From positions 1 through 37,004 of the forward strand of contig JBEKHC010000049.1 of the NCBI GenBank assembly GCA_050012475.1: DNA of 37,004 nucleotides, given 5' to 3'. The notes under the pieces were generated by a model. It had not been told where the DNA came from and made no database searches. It saw only the letters and a program-made list of their open reading frames with translations. Shown here piece by piece: positions 26,680 to 36,455 of this stretch. The stretch is from Candidatus Velthaea sp. (lineage in GTDB: Bacteria > Vulcanimicrobiota > Vulcanimicrobiia > Vulcanimicrobiales > Vulcanimicrobiaceae). The position numbers were made by a program, and so were the translations under genes. The stretch's first letter is position 1; each line of letters starts with the position of its first letter.

Positions 26680-27402
26680 TTATCTGCCGACGTTCTCCGC
26701 GCGAACGTCCGGCCCTGGCAAGAGCGCCGGTAATTCGCTCAAGCGTGCGATACGCACGTCGGGGCGGGGCGCGTCGGCGGGGTAGGCGATGTGCTCCCAG
26801 TCGAACCAGACGGCGCGCAGTCCCGCGCCTTGCGCGCCCGCGACATCGGTCTTGGGGTTGTCGCCGACGAACCACACGCGCTCGCGCGGAACGCCCAAAA
26901 CATCGACCAGCTTGCCGAAAGCGGCGGGATCGGGCTTGACGATTCCGAGCTCATCGCTGACGAGGATCGGCCCGGCGTACCCCAAGGCGCGGCCGATTTT
27001 GCGATATTGCAGCGGGCTCCAGCCGTTGGTGAGGATCGCGGTCGGGATCGCCCGTTCGGCCAGGGTCTCCAAGAGTTCGCGCGCTCCGTCGATCGGGGTG
27101 ACGAGGTAGTCGACGAGGTCGTAGCAGATGCTGCGATAGCGTTGGACATACGCCGGTTGCGGCGCGAGGCCGAGCCGCTCGACGAAGGCGTCGAGGGCGT
27201 CGTCCAAGCTGATCGCCCCGGCGCGAAACCGCTCCAGCAGCGTGTCGTCGATGAACGCCGTCCAGGCCCGGTCGCGCTCGCTCACCGAGCGCCCCAATTC
27301 GGCGGCCAGGCGATAGTAGGCCGTCGCCTCCAAACCGTTGTCGAGACCGAGCGTGTGGTCGAAATCGAAGCCGACCGCGCACGCTGCGGCGGCGCCGGTC
27401 AC
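26680..27402 (-). CDS. HAD-superfamily hydrolase
   Basis: FDFDHTL, ILTNG, KPDP, VGDNPKTDV; GTG overlaps the recG stop. Confidence 0.9.
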   Translation of the reverse strand: MTGAAAACAVGFDFDHTLGLDNGLEATAYYRLAAELGRSVSERDRAWTAFIDDTLLERFRAGAISLDDALDAFVERLGLAPQPAYVQRYRSICYDLVDYLVTPIDGARELLETLAERAIPTAILTNGWSPLQYRKIGRALGYAGPILVSDELGIVKPDPAAFGKLVDVLGVPRERVWFVGDNPKTDVAGAQGAGLRAVWFDWEHIAYPADAPRPDVRIARLSELPALLPGPDVRAENVGR

Positions 27403-29450
27403 GACGTCACCAGTAAGGCGCGCGCGGCCGCTACGCTGTCGACGAGCTCGAGCAGCCCGCGGTGTTCGGGCGCGCACAATTCGGGGTCGGCGCCGACGAT
27501 GGCGTCGGCTTCGACTTTCGCGCGCATGTATAGCTCGAAGTCGGCGACGATGCTGCCGATCGTCCCGAGGCCCGCGCCGGCTTGCGCGGTTCCGGCGAAC
27601 TCGCCCTCCCGCCGCAAGCGCAAGTCTTCCTCGGCGATCGTGAAACCGTCGGTCGTGCCCGCCAAGATCTCCAGCCGTTCGACGTCCCCCGCATCGTCGG
27701 GCGCGATGAGGATGCAAAACGAGCGTTCCACGCCGCGCCCGACCCGTCCGCGCAATTGATGCAGCTGAGCCAACCCGTAGCGCTGCGCGTCGAGAATCAC
27801 CATCACGCTGGCATTGGGAACGTCGACGCCGACTTCGACCACCGTCGTCGCCACGAGCACGTCGGTTTCACCGCGGTTGAAACGGGCCATCGCGGCGTCT
27901 TTCTCGCGCGGCGGCATTTTGCCGTGCAGCACGTCGACGCGCAGCTCGGGCAGCACGTCGCGCCGGATGTGCTCGGCTTCGCGCAGCGCGCCGGTGAGCG
28001 CCGTTTCGCTGGCATCGATCGCCGGTGCGACGATGTACGCTTGACGCCCGAGTTCGACGCTCTTGCGCACGAACTCATACGCCTGCGGTTTGCGGCTGGC
28101 GCGCAGCACGTAGGTTTCGATCGGCGTTCGGCCAGGCGGCAATTCATCGATCACCGATAGATCCAAATCTGCATAGCGCGTCTGAGCGAGCGTGCGCGGA
28201 ATTGGCGTCGCCGTCATGTACAGCGTATGCGGGGCGACGGCCTTGCCGCGCAGCCGCGCGCGCTGCGCAACGCCGAACCGGTGCTGCTCGTCGATCACCA
28301 CCAAGCCCAGGCGCGCGAACTCGACGCTATCGGTCAGCAGCGCGTGCGTGCCGACCGCCAACGCCGCGGCGCCCGAGCGGATGCGCTCGTTCGCGCCGCG
28401 CCGCTCGCGCAACCCCAAACTGCCGAACACCGCTTCGACCGCGATTCCAAACGGCAGCAGCAGCGGAGCCAGCTTCTGCGCGTGCTGCGCGGCCAAAATT
28501 TCGGTCGGCGCCATCAACGCGCTCTGCAGCCCAACCCGGTGCGCGAGGACGATCGCGGCGGCGGCCACCAGCGTTTTGCCGCTGCCGACATCGCCCTGGA
28601 GCAAGCGATTCATCGGCGACGAGCGCGTCATGTCGGACCACACGGCGGCGATCACGCGCTCCTGCGCGGCCGTAGGCGCGAAGGGTAACTGTGCGCAAAA
28701 CTCCGCCCACAGTCCGGGGGGCAGCGGGATTGCGACGGCACCGCCAGCGGCCTCGCGGCGCGCGCGCTTGAGCGCAGCGGCCAGCGCGATGCCGAAGAAC
28801 TCTTCGAAAATGATCCGCCGGCGCGCCGTTTCGACGCGCTGCGGATCGCCGGGCGCGTGGACCTCGCGCCAGGCATCGGCCAGCGCGGGAAAGTCGAATC
28901 GGCGCGCGATCTGGTCGGGCAGCGCATCGACGCGCCCGGCGATGAGCCGCGCGAGGTTTTTGGCGATCACGGTCCGGATCTGGCGCGACGGCAAGTCTTT
29001 CGTTGCCGCGTACACCGGCACGATCTCGCCGGCATACACCTCGTCGGCGCGCAGCACGCGGTGGTTGGTGACGTTGATTTCCAGGCCGCGCGCGCTGCGG
29101 CTCACGCGGCCGGCCGCGAACAGCCGGTCGCCGGCGCTCAGCTTGCCGAACAGGTGCCGGCGGCCGAACCACTTCGCCGCGATCGTCCCGCTGCCGTCCG
29201 CGACGTCGGCGGTCACCAGCGGGAAGCGGCCCGGGCGTTCGCGCACCCGCGCCACGGTTCCGACGATGACCGCATCGCCGGGCTCCAGCGTTCCAATCGC
29301 CTGGGGCAACCGCCAATCGCGGTAAGCGCGCGGCAAATAGGCCAGCAAGTCGCTGGGGACGAACACGCCGATCTCGGCAAACCGGCGCGCCAACTCGGGC
29401 CCGACGCCCGGCAGCGACCTCAGGCCTTCGGCTTCGCGCGACGCGTTAAT
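27399..29450 (-). CDS. recG: ATP-dependent DNA helicase RecG (start apparently non-canonical)
   Basis: LPGVGP, LLQGDVGSGKT, APTEILA, DEQHRFG, TATPIPRT, GLAQLHQLRGRVGRG. Confidence 0.96.
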   Translation of the reverse strand: MNASREAEGLRSLPGVGPELARRFAEIGVFVPSDLLAYLPRAYRDWRLPQAIGTLEPGDAVIVGTVARVRERPGRFPLVTADVADGSGTIAAKWFGRRHLFGKLSAGDRLFAAGRVSRSARGLEINVTNHRVLRADEVYAGEIVPVYAATKDLPSRQIRTVIAKNLARLIAGRVDALPDQIARRFDFPALADAWREVHAPGDPQRVETARRRIIFEEFFGIALAAALKRARREAAGGAVAIPLPPGLWAEFCAQLPFAPTAAQERVIAAVWSDMTRSSPMNRLLQGDVGSGKTLVAAAAIVLAHRVGLQSALMAPTEILAAQHAQKLAPLLLPFGIAVEAVFGSLGLRERRGANERIRSGAAALAVGTHALLTDSVEFARLGLVVIDEQHRFGVAQRARLRGKAVAPHTLYMTATPIPRTLAQTRYADLDLSVIDELPPGRTPIETYVLRASRKPQAYEFVRKSVELGRQAYIVAPAIDASETALTGALREAEHIRRDVLPELRVDVLHGKMPPREKDAAMARFNRGETDVLVATTVVEVGVDVPNASVMVILDAQRYGLAQLHQLRGRVGRGVERSFCILIAPDDAGDVERLEILAGTTDGFTIAEEDLRLRREGEFAGTAQAGAGLGTIGSIVADFELYMRAKVEADAIVGADPELCAPEHRGLLELVDSVAAARALLVTS

Positions 29451-30061
29451 TCTGCACCCACCTCGGCCAGAGCAATCCCGCGCTCGGCCAGGAGGACAAG
29501 GGTGTGATACAGCAGATCGGCGGTCTCCCAAATCAGTTCGCTGCGATCGGCATTCTTGGCCGCGATCACGACTTCGGTCGCCTCTTCGCCGATCTTCTTG
29601 CCGATCCGATCGACCCCGCCGGCAAACAGCTTCGCCGTATAGCTCTCGGGCGTCGGAAAGCGCTTGCGTTGCGCGATCGTCGCGGCGAGTTCGGTCACGG
29701 CGCCGGCGAAGCCGGCGCCCCCGGCGTCCGCTTCGTCGGACAGCCGCAGCTGCGGACCGAAGCACGACGCGCTGCCGGTGTGGCAAGCCGGCCCGCTAGG
29801 CACGACGCGATAGATCAGCGCGTCGGCATCGCAATCCGCGGCGATCGCGACGACCTGCTGCGTGTTGCCCGACGTCGCGCCTTTGTTCCAGAGTTCGTTG
29901 CGCGAGCGGCTGAACAGCCAGGTCGATTGCGAGGCGATGGTGCGTTCGAGCGCTTCGGCGTTGGCGTAGGCCAAGGTCAGGATGGCACCGGTTCGATCGT
30001 CGACGACGATCACCGGAACCAGCCCGTCGCGGCCCCAGGCAATCGACGGAAGGCCGGTCAC
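29420..30061 (-). CDS. hisIE: Phosphoribosyl-AMP cyclohydrolase/phosphoribosyl-ATP pyrophosphatase
   Basis: [43 protein letters not shown]. Confidence 0.96.
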   Translation of the reverse strand: MTGLPSIAWGRDGLVPVIVVDDRTGAILTLAYANAEALERTIASQSTWLFSRSRNELWNKGATSGNTQQVVAIAADCDADALIYRVVPSGPACHTGSASCFGPQLRLSDEADAGGAGFAGAVTELAATIAQRKRFPTPESYTAKLFAGGVDRIGKKIGEEATEVVIAAKNADRSELIWETADLLYHTLVLLAERGIALAEVGAELTRRAKPKA

Positions 30062-30843
30062 CGCGACGCACCCGTGGCCGCGCCGCGTTCCCGGCGCACC
30101 GGAATACCGTGCGCGGCCAGGCCGTCCTTGAGCGTCGCGATCTCGAGTTCGGCATAGTGAAAGAGCGATGCGGCCAACCCCGCATCCGCGCCGGTCTGGG
30201 TGAAGGCAGCGACGAAATCGGCGATCGTTCCGGCGCCGCCCGAGGCGATGACCGGGAGATCGACGGCCGACCGGATCGCGCGCAGCATCGGCAAATCGAA
30301 GCCCGAACGGGTGCCGTCACGGTCGATGCTCGTCACCAGCAGCTCGCCGGCACCCAGCGCTTGCGCCTCACGCGCCCATTCGATCGCATCCCGGCCCGTC
30401 GGCGTGCGGCCGCCGTCAACGACCACCTCGAACCAATCGCCCACCGCGCGCGCATCGATCGCGACCACGATGCACTGATTGCCGAAAATCTGCGCCGCGG
30501 CAGAGATGAGTTCGGGCCGCCGCAACGCTGCGGAGTTCAAACTGACTTTGTCGCAGCCCGCGCGCAAGAGCGCGTTGACGTCGTCGACGGTCTTCACCCC
30601 GCCGCCAACGGCGAATGGGATCGTCAGTTCGGCGGCGACGGCGCGCACGACCGCCAGGGTAGCGCCCCGGCCCTCGACGGTCGCCGTGATGTCGAGGAAC
30701 ACCACCTCGTCCGCGCCTTCGGCTTCGTAGCGGCGAGCGAGTTCGACCGGATCGCCGGCATCGGTGAGTTCGACGAAGCGCACCCCTTTGACCACGCGAC
30801 CGTCTTTGATGTCCAGACACGGAATGATGCGCTTGGCGAGCAT
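30058..30843 (-). CDS. hisF: Imidazole glycerol phosphate synthase cyclase subunit
   Basis: [35 protein letters not shown]. Confidence 0.97.
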   Translation of the reverse strand: MLAKRIIPCLDIKDGRVVKGVRFVELTDAGDPVELARRYEAEGADEVVFLDITATVEGRGATLAVVRAVAAELTIPFAVGGGVKTVDDVNALLRAGCDKVSLNSAALRRPELISAAAQIFGNQCIVVAIDARAVGDWFEVVVDGGRTPTGRDAIEWAREAQALGAGELLVTSIDRDGTRSGFDLPMLRAIRSAVDLPVIASGGAGTIADFVAAFTQTGADAGLAASLFHYAELEIATLKDGLAAHGIPVRRERGAATGASR

Positions 30844-30895
30844 CCTGCGGCGGTTCGGTGCGCGGGTGTTCCATTCCGCGCACGCGCCGGTACCG

Positions 30896-32269
30896 TCATG
30901 GCGCGCCGATGGCCGAGAACGGCAGCGCGGCGGCCGGCACGTCGGTGTCGAGGATGCGCAGCACCAAGATCGCGAGATCGTCGCTGACTTCATCGCGCGA
31001 GCGCCGCTTCGCTTCGCCCACCAGCCGGTCACACAGCGCCTGCGGACTCGCGTCAGCTCCGCGCAGCAGGGCGATGACGCCGTCGTCGCCCAGCATCTCG
31101 CCGGCTGCGTCGCGGCATTCGGTCAAGCCGTCCGTCGCCAACACGATCGTTTCGCCGGCGGCGAGCCCCAGTGTCCGCAAGTCGTAGCGTTCGTCGCGAT
31201 CCAGACCGATGATCGAACCGGTGGGCGCCAGCTGTTCGACGCCGCCGGGCCGCACGATAAAGGCGATCGCATGACCGGCGCTGGCGTAGCGCAGCAGGCC
31301 CGAACCGGCGTCGAACGCGCCCAGGAAGGCGACGACGAAGATGCTCGGATCCGCGAACGTGTCCATGAACAACACGTTGAAGCGCGTCAGCACCCGGGCC
31401 GGATCGTCGTATTCGGCGCTCAGCGTGCGGATCGCGTATTGGGCGAACGCGGAATGACGGGCCGCCTCGATGCCTTTGCCGCTGACGTCGGCGATCAAGA
31501 ACCAGCCGTGCTGCGCATCGCCGCGCCAGGTGTCGATCAAGTCCCCGCCGACGAGCGCTTCGCGCGTGGCCGAGGTGTAAGCAAACCCCACCGCGGTCCG
31601 GGGCAGCTGCACACCGTCGACCCGCAGCGTTTGCTGCAGCGCAAAGACGAGCGACTGTTCGCGCTCCAGCGCCGCAGCCGCTTGACGGCGTGAAACGCCT
31701 GCCACGAGCGCAGCGATGACGAAGAACGTGATCGTTCCGATGCTGGCCGCCATCGTCGCTTTGAGGCGCCAGCCCAGTTTGCGCTCGACGTCAGCGTCGG
31801 CGGTTTGCAATTCGTCGCGCATCGCGGTCGCGTTGCGGCGCATCGCATCGAGCAAATTCTTGCCTTCGGTCTGCCGCGCGAGCGCATCGGCCCGGGCCGG
31901 GTCGGCAAGCAGCGGGAGTTCGACGTCGCGCCGCCAGCGCACATGTTCGCCGGCGAACGCGTCCAGCAGAGCCGCACCGCGCTTGATCTCGGCGCCGACG
32001 ATTTCCGCCCGCAGCCGTTTCGCGCGGTCGGCGAAGCTCATGTCCGGCGATTCCTGCTCCAGAAACGAGCGGCGGCCGGTTGCGACGTAGCCGCGCAACC
32101 CGATCTCTTCGACGAGCTGGCGGCGCACGAGTGCGTCGAGGTCCTCGCGCGCGGCCGTCAGGCGCTGACCCGACTTCGACGCGTTGTCGAGCAGCGCAGC
32201 GCCGATGAACTCGCCGGCGATGGCGATGGCCAGCAACAGGGCGGCCAGGAATAGGACTGGAGGCGACAC
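30896..32269 (-). CDS. Membrane SpoIIE/PP2C phosphatase with a CHASE3-like sensor region
   Basis: Two TM segments around [42 protein letters not shown]. Start is GTG 32269 (inside tRNA) or TTG 32236. Confidence 0.88.
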   Translation of the reverse strand: MSPPVLFLAALLLAIAIAGEFIGAALLDNASKSGQRLTAAREDLDALVRRQLVEEIGLRGYVATGRRSFLEQESPDMSFADRAKRLRAEIVGAEIKRGAALLDAFAGEHVRWRRDVELPLLADPARADALARQTEGKNLLDAMRRNATAMRDELQTADADVERKLGWRLKATMAASIGTITFFVIAALVAGVSRRQAAAALEREQSLVFALQQTLRVDGVQLPRTAVGFAYTSATREALVGGDLIDTWRGDAQHGWFLIADVSGKGIEAARHSAFAQYAIRTLSAEYDDPARVLTRFNVLFMDTFADPSIFVVAFLGAFDAGSGLLRYASAGHAIAFIVRPGGVEQLAPTGSIIGLDRDERYDLRTLGLAAGETIVLATDGLTECRDAAGEMLGDDGVIALLRGADASPQALCDRLVGEAKRRSRDEVSDDLAILVLRILDTDVPAAALPFSAIGAP

Positions 32270-32331
32270 CCAGATTCGAACTGGGGATGGAGCTTTTGCA
32301 GAGCTCTGCCTTACCACTTGGCTATGTCGCC
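32258..32331 (-). tRNA. tRNA-Cys(GCA)
   Basis: GGCGACA/TGTCGCC acceptor stem, CT-GCA-AA loop, GTTCGAATC, encoded CCA. Confidence 0.97.
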
Positions 32332-32352
32332 TCGAAGGCGGTGATCCGATCC

Positions 32353-32426
32353 TGGAGCGGGTGGCGGGAATCGAACCCGCGCGTCAACCTTGGGAAGGTC
32401 GCAGGCTACCATTACATCACACCCGC
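32353..32426 (-). tRNA. tRNA-Gly(CCC)
   Basis: GCGGGTG/CACCCGC acceptor stem, TT-CCC-AA loop, GTTCGATTC, encoded CCA. Confidence 0.96.
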
Positions 32427-32616
32427 GCACCAGGCGTCCGACGCATTCGTCCACGTCACGGAGCCGTCCTGTACCCGAGCGTCGCGGCGCCGGATCGACC
32501 ATTCGGGGAGCCTTCGGCCCGCATCGCTCGAGCCCCGCAGCAGCCCGGCGGCGGTCTCTCGTCGGCCTACTGCGGGCATGGGACGGCGCGACGAATCTTT
32601 GCGTTACCGGGATTGA

Positions 32617-33420
32617 ATGAACCGAATCATGCATCGTCTGTGCGGCGTACTGGCGATCGGCGTTTTCGTGTTGGCCGGCTGGGGGCCGGCGCGGGCCGAC
32701 GACCGGACCAGCCAAGAAGCGCAAATCGGCCGCCAAGTCTACGCCGAGTTGGTCAAGAAGGGCGAGATCATCAAAGATTCGCCGGACTACGCGATTCTCG
32801 ACCCCATCGCCCAGCAAATCAAGCGCGTCGCCGACCCGCAGTACCAGTTTCCGTTCCGCTTCATCCTCGTGCACGAAAAGCAGCCGAACGCGTTTGCGGT
32901 GCCGGGCGGCAACGTCTACGTCACCGATTCGCTGATGAAATTCGTGAACAAGCGCGAAGAACTCGCCGGGGTGCTCTGCCACGAAACATCCCACGACATC
33001 CATCACGACGTGATCAACAACATGGTCAAAGACCAGCGCGCGCAGACCACCGCCACCATCGGCGCGATCGCCGCCGAGCTGATCTTCGGCACCCGGGCCG
33101 CCGATGTCGTCGGCTCGCTCGCAAACATCGGACTCACCGCGGTGACGCAGGGCTACTCGCGCGAAGTCGAGACGGCCGCCGACCACAAAGGAGCGCAGAC
33201 GTGCGCCCAGGCCGGATCCAACCCGTGGGGCATGGTCTGGCTGTTCGAGCAGTTCGAGAAAGCCGACACGGGCGGACAGATGGAGATGCTATCGGATCAC
33301 CCCACCGACAGTCACCGGATCGAAGATCTCAAGATCGAGTTCGCCGCCGACCCGGCCCTCTTCGGCCGCTTCTCATCCAACCCGGCAACCGCGACCCCGC
33401 TGCGCTCCGCCGCCAAGTGA
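32617..33420 (+). CDS. Exported M48-family zinc metalloprotease
   Basis: Signal peptide, PNAFAVPGG, ELAGVLCHETSH, YSREVETAAD, LSDHP. Confidence 0.92.
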   Translation: MNRIMHRLCGVLAIGVFVLAGWGPARADDRTSQEAQIGRQVYAELVKKGEIIKDSPDYAILDPIAQQIKRVADPQYQFPFRFILVHEKQPNAFAVPGGNVYVTDSLMKFVNKREELAGVLCHETSHDIHHDVINNMVKDQRAQTTATIGAIAAELIFGTRAADVVGSLANIGLTAVTQGYSREVETAADHKGAQTCAQAGSNPWGMVWLFEQFEKADTGGQMEMLSDHPTDSHRIEDLKIEFAADPALFGRFSSNPATATPLRSAAK

Positions 33421-33466
33421 CCGCCCAGCCCTAGCGGCGCTCTGTTTCCCGGCCGATACAAGCAGC

Positions 33467-33865
33467 ATGGCGCTGCGCCGTCGACGGATTGCGAAGCTCA
33501 TCGAGGCTGCACTTGGGGACCGTGCGGTCGCGCTGGTGATCGCCCCGCCGGGACATGGCAAGTCCATCGCGCTGCGCAACGCTTTCGGCGACGTGTGCGG
33601 CGTTCGCTGGCTCGAACCGCGCGAACTGGGCGAGGCCGAACGCGCCTTGCGTGAAGCGATGCTGGCGCTGCTCTACCATCGTGCCGGACGGAAAATCGCC
33701 GCGGCAGCGAGACGCGGCTCAAATCGGCAAACACGAGGCGAAGCACTCGTCGCCGATGCGCTTCGCCGGAGCGGCGATGCGTCCCCCATTCCGGCATTCG
33801 TTTCGTCCGTGGAACCGGATGTTCTGCGGCGACGGATTTCTGCCGCTCATCATAAGGATTCGTGA
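33467..33865 (+). pseudogene. Probable fragment of a MalT-like ATPase regulator
   Basis: RRRIAKLIEAAL..VALVIAPPGHGKS Walker A N-terminus, no Walker B, only 132 aa. Confidence 0.55.
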
Positions 33866-33869
33866 CGGT

Positions 33870-34427
33870 ATGTTCGATCCCGAAACGACGGAACTCGCCG
33901 CCGGTCTGGTCCGCATCGTTCGCATGCACGATCGGGAAACGGCGGTTCATCTCGACGCGACGTCCGCGCTCGCGCGGCGGATCGCGAACGCGATGCAGCT
34001 ACCGATCGACGTGGTTATGACGATCGAACTTGCCGCCCGACTGCACGACATCGGAAAACTCGGTGTCCATCGCGACGTGCTGCAAAAGGCCGGCCCGCTC
34101 ACGACGCCGGAGTGGGGGGCGATGCGCATGCACACCGAGATCGGCGCTGCCGCCCTGCAAGACACGCCCAAGCTCGCATTTCTCGCGCCGATCGTTCGCG
34201 CGCATCACGAGCGCATCGACGGCGAAGGTTACCCCGACGGTCTGCGCGGCGACGAGATCCCGCTCGAATCGCGCGTCGTCGCGGTCGCCGACGCCTTTCA
34301 CGCGATGACCAGCGCACTGACGATTTTGGCCGCCAACGCCGGCCCGCAATTCGACGCCGGCGTGGTCGAAACGACGCTGACGCTGCTGCACTACGGCCGG
34401 CGCAAGCGCTTCTCGATCGCTTCGTAA
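33870..34427 (+). CDS. Stand-alone HD-GYP domain protein with an apparent in-frame deletion
   Basis: LHDIGK, HHERIDGEGYPDGLRG, ADAF; the usual RPYR segment is absent. Confidence 0.85.
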   Translation: MFDPETTELAAGLVRIVRMHDRETAVHLDATSALARRIANAMQLPIDVVMTIELAARLHDIGKLGVHRDVLQKAGPLTTPEWGAMRMHTEIGAAALQDTPKLAFLAPIVRAHHERIDGEGYPDGLRGDEIPLESRVVAVADAFHAMTSALTILAANAGPQFDAGVVETTLTLLHYGRRKRFSIAS

Positions 34428-34434
34428 CTTCGCT

Positions 34435-34462
34435 GCGGGGGACGGCCGCGCCGTCCCCCCGC
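34435..34462. terminator. Hairpin between convergent HD-GYP and rplL
   Basis: GCGGGGGACGGC-CGC-GCCGTCCCCCCGC. Confidence 0.6.
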
Positions 34463-34467
34463 TGGAA

Positions 34468-34836
34468 TTACTTAACTTCGACCTTTGCGCCGGCGTCTTC
34501 GAGCTTCTTCTTGATCGCCTCGGCTTCGTCTTTGGTGACGCCTTCCTTGACCGCTTTGGGGGCGCTTTCGACGAACGCCTTGGCTTCGGTCAAGCCCAGC
34601 GACGTGATCTCGCGAACCGCCTTGATGACTTTGATCTTCTCCGCGCCGAAATCGCTGAGAATAACGTCGAATTCGGTTTTCTCGGCTGCCGGTGCGGCAG
34701 CGGCCGCCGCAGGCGCCGCCGCTGCCGCCGGGGCCGCAGCGCTGACGCCGTATTTTTCTTCGAGCTGTTTGACGAGATCGGAAAGCTCGAGGACGGTGAG
34801 TTTGTCGATTTGGTCGATGAGATCGGCAAGTGCCAT
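34468..34836 (-). CDS. rplL: 50S ribosomal protein L7/L12
   Basis: [37 protein letters not shown]. Confidence 0.98.
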   Translation of the reverse strand: MALADLIDQIDKLTVLELSDLVKQLEEKYGVSAAAPAAAAAPAAAAAAPAAEKTEFDVILSDFGAEKIKVIKAVREITSLGLTEAKAFVESAPKAVKEGVTKDEAEAIKKKLEDAGAKVEVK

Positions 34837-34857
34837 GGTAGTCGTGCTCCTAATGAG

Positions 34858-35391
34858 TTAAGCAGCGGTCTCGGCGGCAGCTTTCTGCTCGCGGATCGCG
34901 TTAAGTGCGCGGACGAGGCCGCTCTGATTACCGGAGAGGACGTAGACGAGCCCGTACAGCGGACTCTTGAGCGAACCGACTAACCGGCCGAGCAGTTCGT
35001 TCTTGGGCGGCAGGGCGGCAAGCACCCCGACTTGGGCGGCATCGACGACTTTGCCGTCGATCCACGCCGCTTTGATCTCCAGCGGCTTGGTGCTGTCGGA
35101 AAATGTCTTGAGCGCTTTGGCCGGTGCGACCGGATCCTCGCCGGCGAACACGACGCCCGTTGGCCCGGCCAAGAACGCCTCGAGCGCCGCGGCGACGTCT
35201 TTGCCCGCGGCGATCGAGAACAGCGTGTTCTTGATGACGGCGTAGGTGTCGCCGCTCTTGCGCAACTCCGTGCGCAGCTTGGTGATCTCTTCGACCGTCA
35301 GCCCGGCGTAGTTCGTAAAGAACAGGTTTTTCGACCCGGCAATGCGCTCGCGGAGCTCTTCGATTGTCGCTTCTTTTTTCGCGGTCGGCAT
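34858..35391 (-). CDS. rplJ: 50S ribosomal protein L10
   Basis: YAGLTV..LR, KNTL, GPT, LAALP..ELL. Confidence 0.97.
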   Translation of the reverse strand: MPTAKKEATIEELRERIAGSKNLFFTNYAGLTVEEITKLRTELRKSGDTYAVIKNTLFSIAAGKDVAAALEAFLAGPTGVVFAGEDPVAPAKALKTFSDSTKPLEIKAAWIDGKVVDAAQVGVLAALPPKNELLGRLVGSLKSPLYGLVYVLSGNQSGLVRALNAIREQKAAAETAA

Positions 35392-35407
35392 CGAATTCTC
35401 GTTTCTC

Positions 35408-35445
35408 GAAATAAAAATGCGCCTCCGCCGACGAGGGCGAGGCGC
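35408..35445 (-). terminator. Attenuator-like hairpin with U-rich tail in the rplJ leader
   Basis: GCGCCTC...GAGGCGC followed by ATTTTTATTT. Confidence 0.6.
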
Positions 35446-35489
35446 GAAAACGAATGATAACGCGAACAGCAGCGTATATAATCCGGAGC

Positions 35490-35556
35490 GCATCCTCGGC
35501 TGGCGTCGTCGGGTTAGACGACATTATCCGGCGAACCGGACCAACGGTCTTTGGAG
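35490..35556 (-). ncRNA. Ribosomal protein L10 leader
   Basis: AAGACCGTTGG...ATAAT...CCAGCCGAGG kink-turn-like pattern upstream of rplJ. Confidence 0.75.
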
Positions 35557-35597
35557 CCAATGAAGTTCTTATCACAGAAACGGGCAGCGGGTCAAGG

Positions 35598-36407
35598 ATG
35601 GGTCTCGTAGCGACGGATGCCCTCCGGGCGGAGCGCGCGGAGGCGGCGTACTGGGCCACCTATGCGCGGAACATTCCGACAACCGACGACACGCGCGACA
35701 CGGGGGCGATCCCGGTCGCCGGGGGCTACGCCATTTGCCTGCAGGGGACGTCGATCCACTACGGGCTAGGGGTCGGTATCTCGCGGCCGCTGCGCGCAGA
35801 CGATTTGCAGGTCGTCGACGAATTTTACGGCAGCCGGCGGTTGCCGTCACGGCTGGAGTTGCACCCGCTGGTCGCTGAACGCGACGCCGCTATCGTCGCG
35901 CGCTGGGGTTACCTGCCGGAGCGAGCGGTCGTCATACTCGAACGCGAGATCGGCGCCGATCCCGCCATCCCGCTTACGTTCGGTGTCGAGACGTTGACGA
36001 CGCGGAAACTCGAGTGGACCGAACTGGTCGTTGCGGGGCTCATGGATACGGTGCCGGAGGCCGATCTGGGCTGCGTTCGACGCACCGCGTACGTGTGCGC
36101 CAGTGCGGCCAGCGCGCTCGTCGCAATTCGTGTCGACGGCAGGCTCGCCGGCGGCGGAGCCTTGGGCGTCACCGGCGACGCGGCGTTCCTGTTCTGCGCT
36201 TCGACGCTGCCCGAATATCGCCGGCGCGGCGTCCACACCGCGCTCATCGGCGCACGCTTGGCGCTCGGCAGGTCGCGCGGCGCGACCTATGCGATCATGA
36301 CTGCCGCCCCGGACTCAGATGCGTTGGCAAGCGCGCAGGCGGCCGGCTTCACCGCCACCTACGTCCGCCAGCGCCTGCAGAAAAGCGAAGGCCTCAAAGC
36401 GCCGTAA
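35598..36407 (+). CDS. GNAT-family acetyltransferase
   Basis: ASTLPEYRRRGVHTALI acetyl-CoA motif and AGF. Confidence 0.85.
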   Translation: MGLVATDALRAERAEAAYWATYARNIPTTDDTRDTGAIPVAGGYAICLQGTSIHYGLGVGISRPLRADDLQVVDEFYGSRRLPSRLELHPLVAERDAAIVARWGYLPERAVVILEREIGADPAIPLTFGVETLTTRKLEWTELVVAGLMDTVPEADLGCVRRTAYVCASAASALVAIRVDGRLAGGGALGVTGDAAFLFCASTLPEYRRRGVHTALIGARLALGRSRGATYAIMTAAPDSDALASAQAAGFTATYVRQRLQKSEGLKAP

Positions 36408-36422
36408 GCGCCCGAACGCCAA

Positions 36423-36453
36423 GGATTCGCGGCGCGTTCAGCGCCGCGAATCC
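36423..36453. terminator. Bidirectional terminator-like hairpin between GNAT and rplA
   Basis: Perfect 13-bp stem GGATTCGCGGCGC/GCGCCGCGAATCC. Confidence 0.7.
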
Positions 36454-36455
36454 GG

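Noticed and set aside
32258..32426. tRNA-anchored genomic island or prophage
   Set aside because: No integrase, no duplicated tRNA 3' end noticed, and the flanks are ordinary genes
33720..33800. c-di-GMP-I riboswitch upstream of HD-GYP (GGCAAAC plus hairpin)
   Set aside because: Lacks the GNRA loop, GACGCAAAG junction and second stem; cmsearch would settle it
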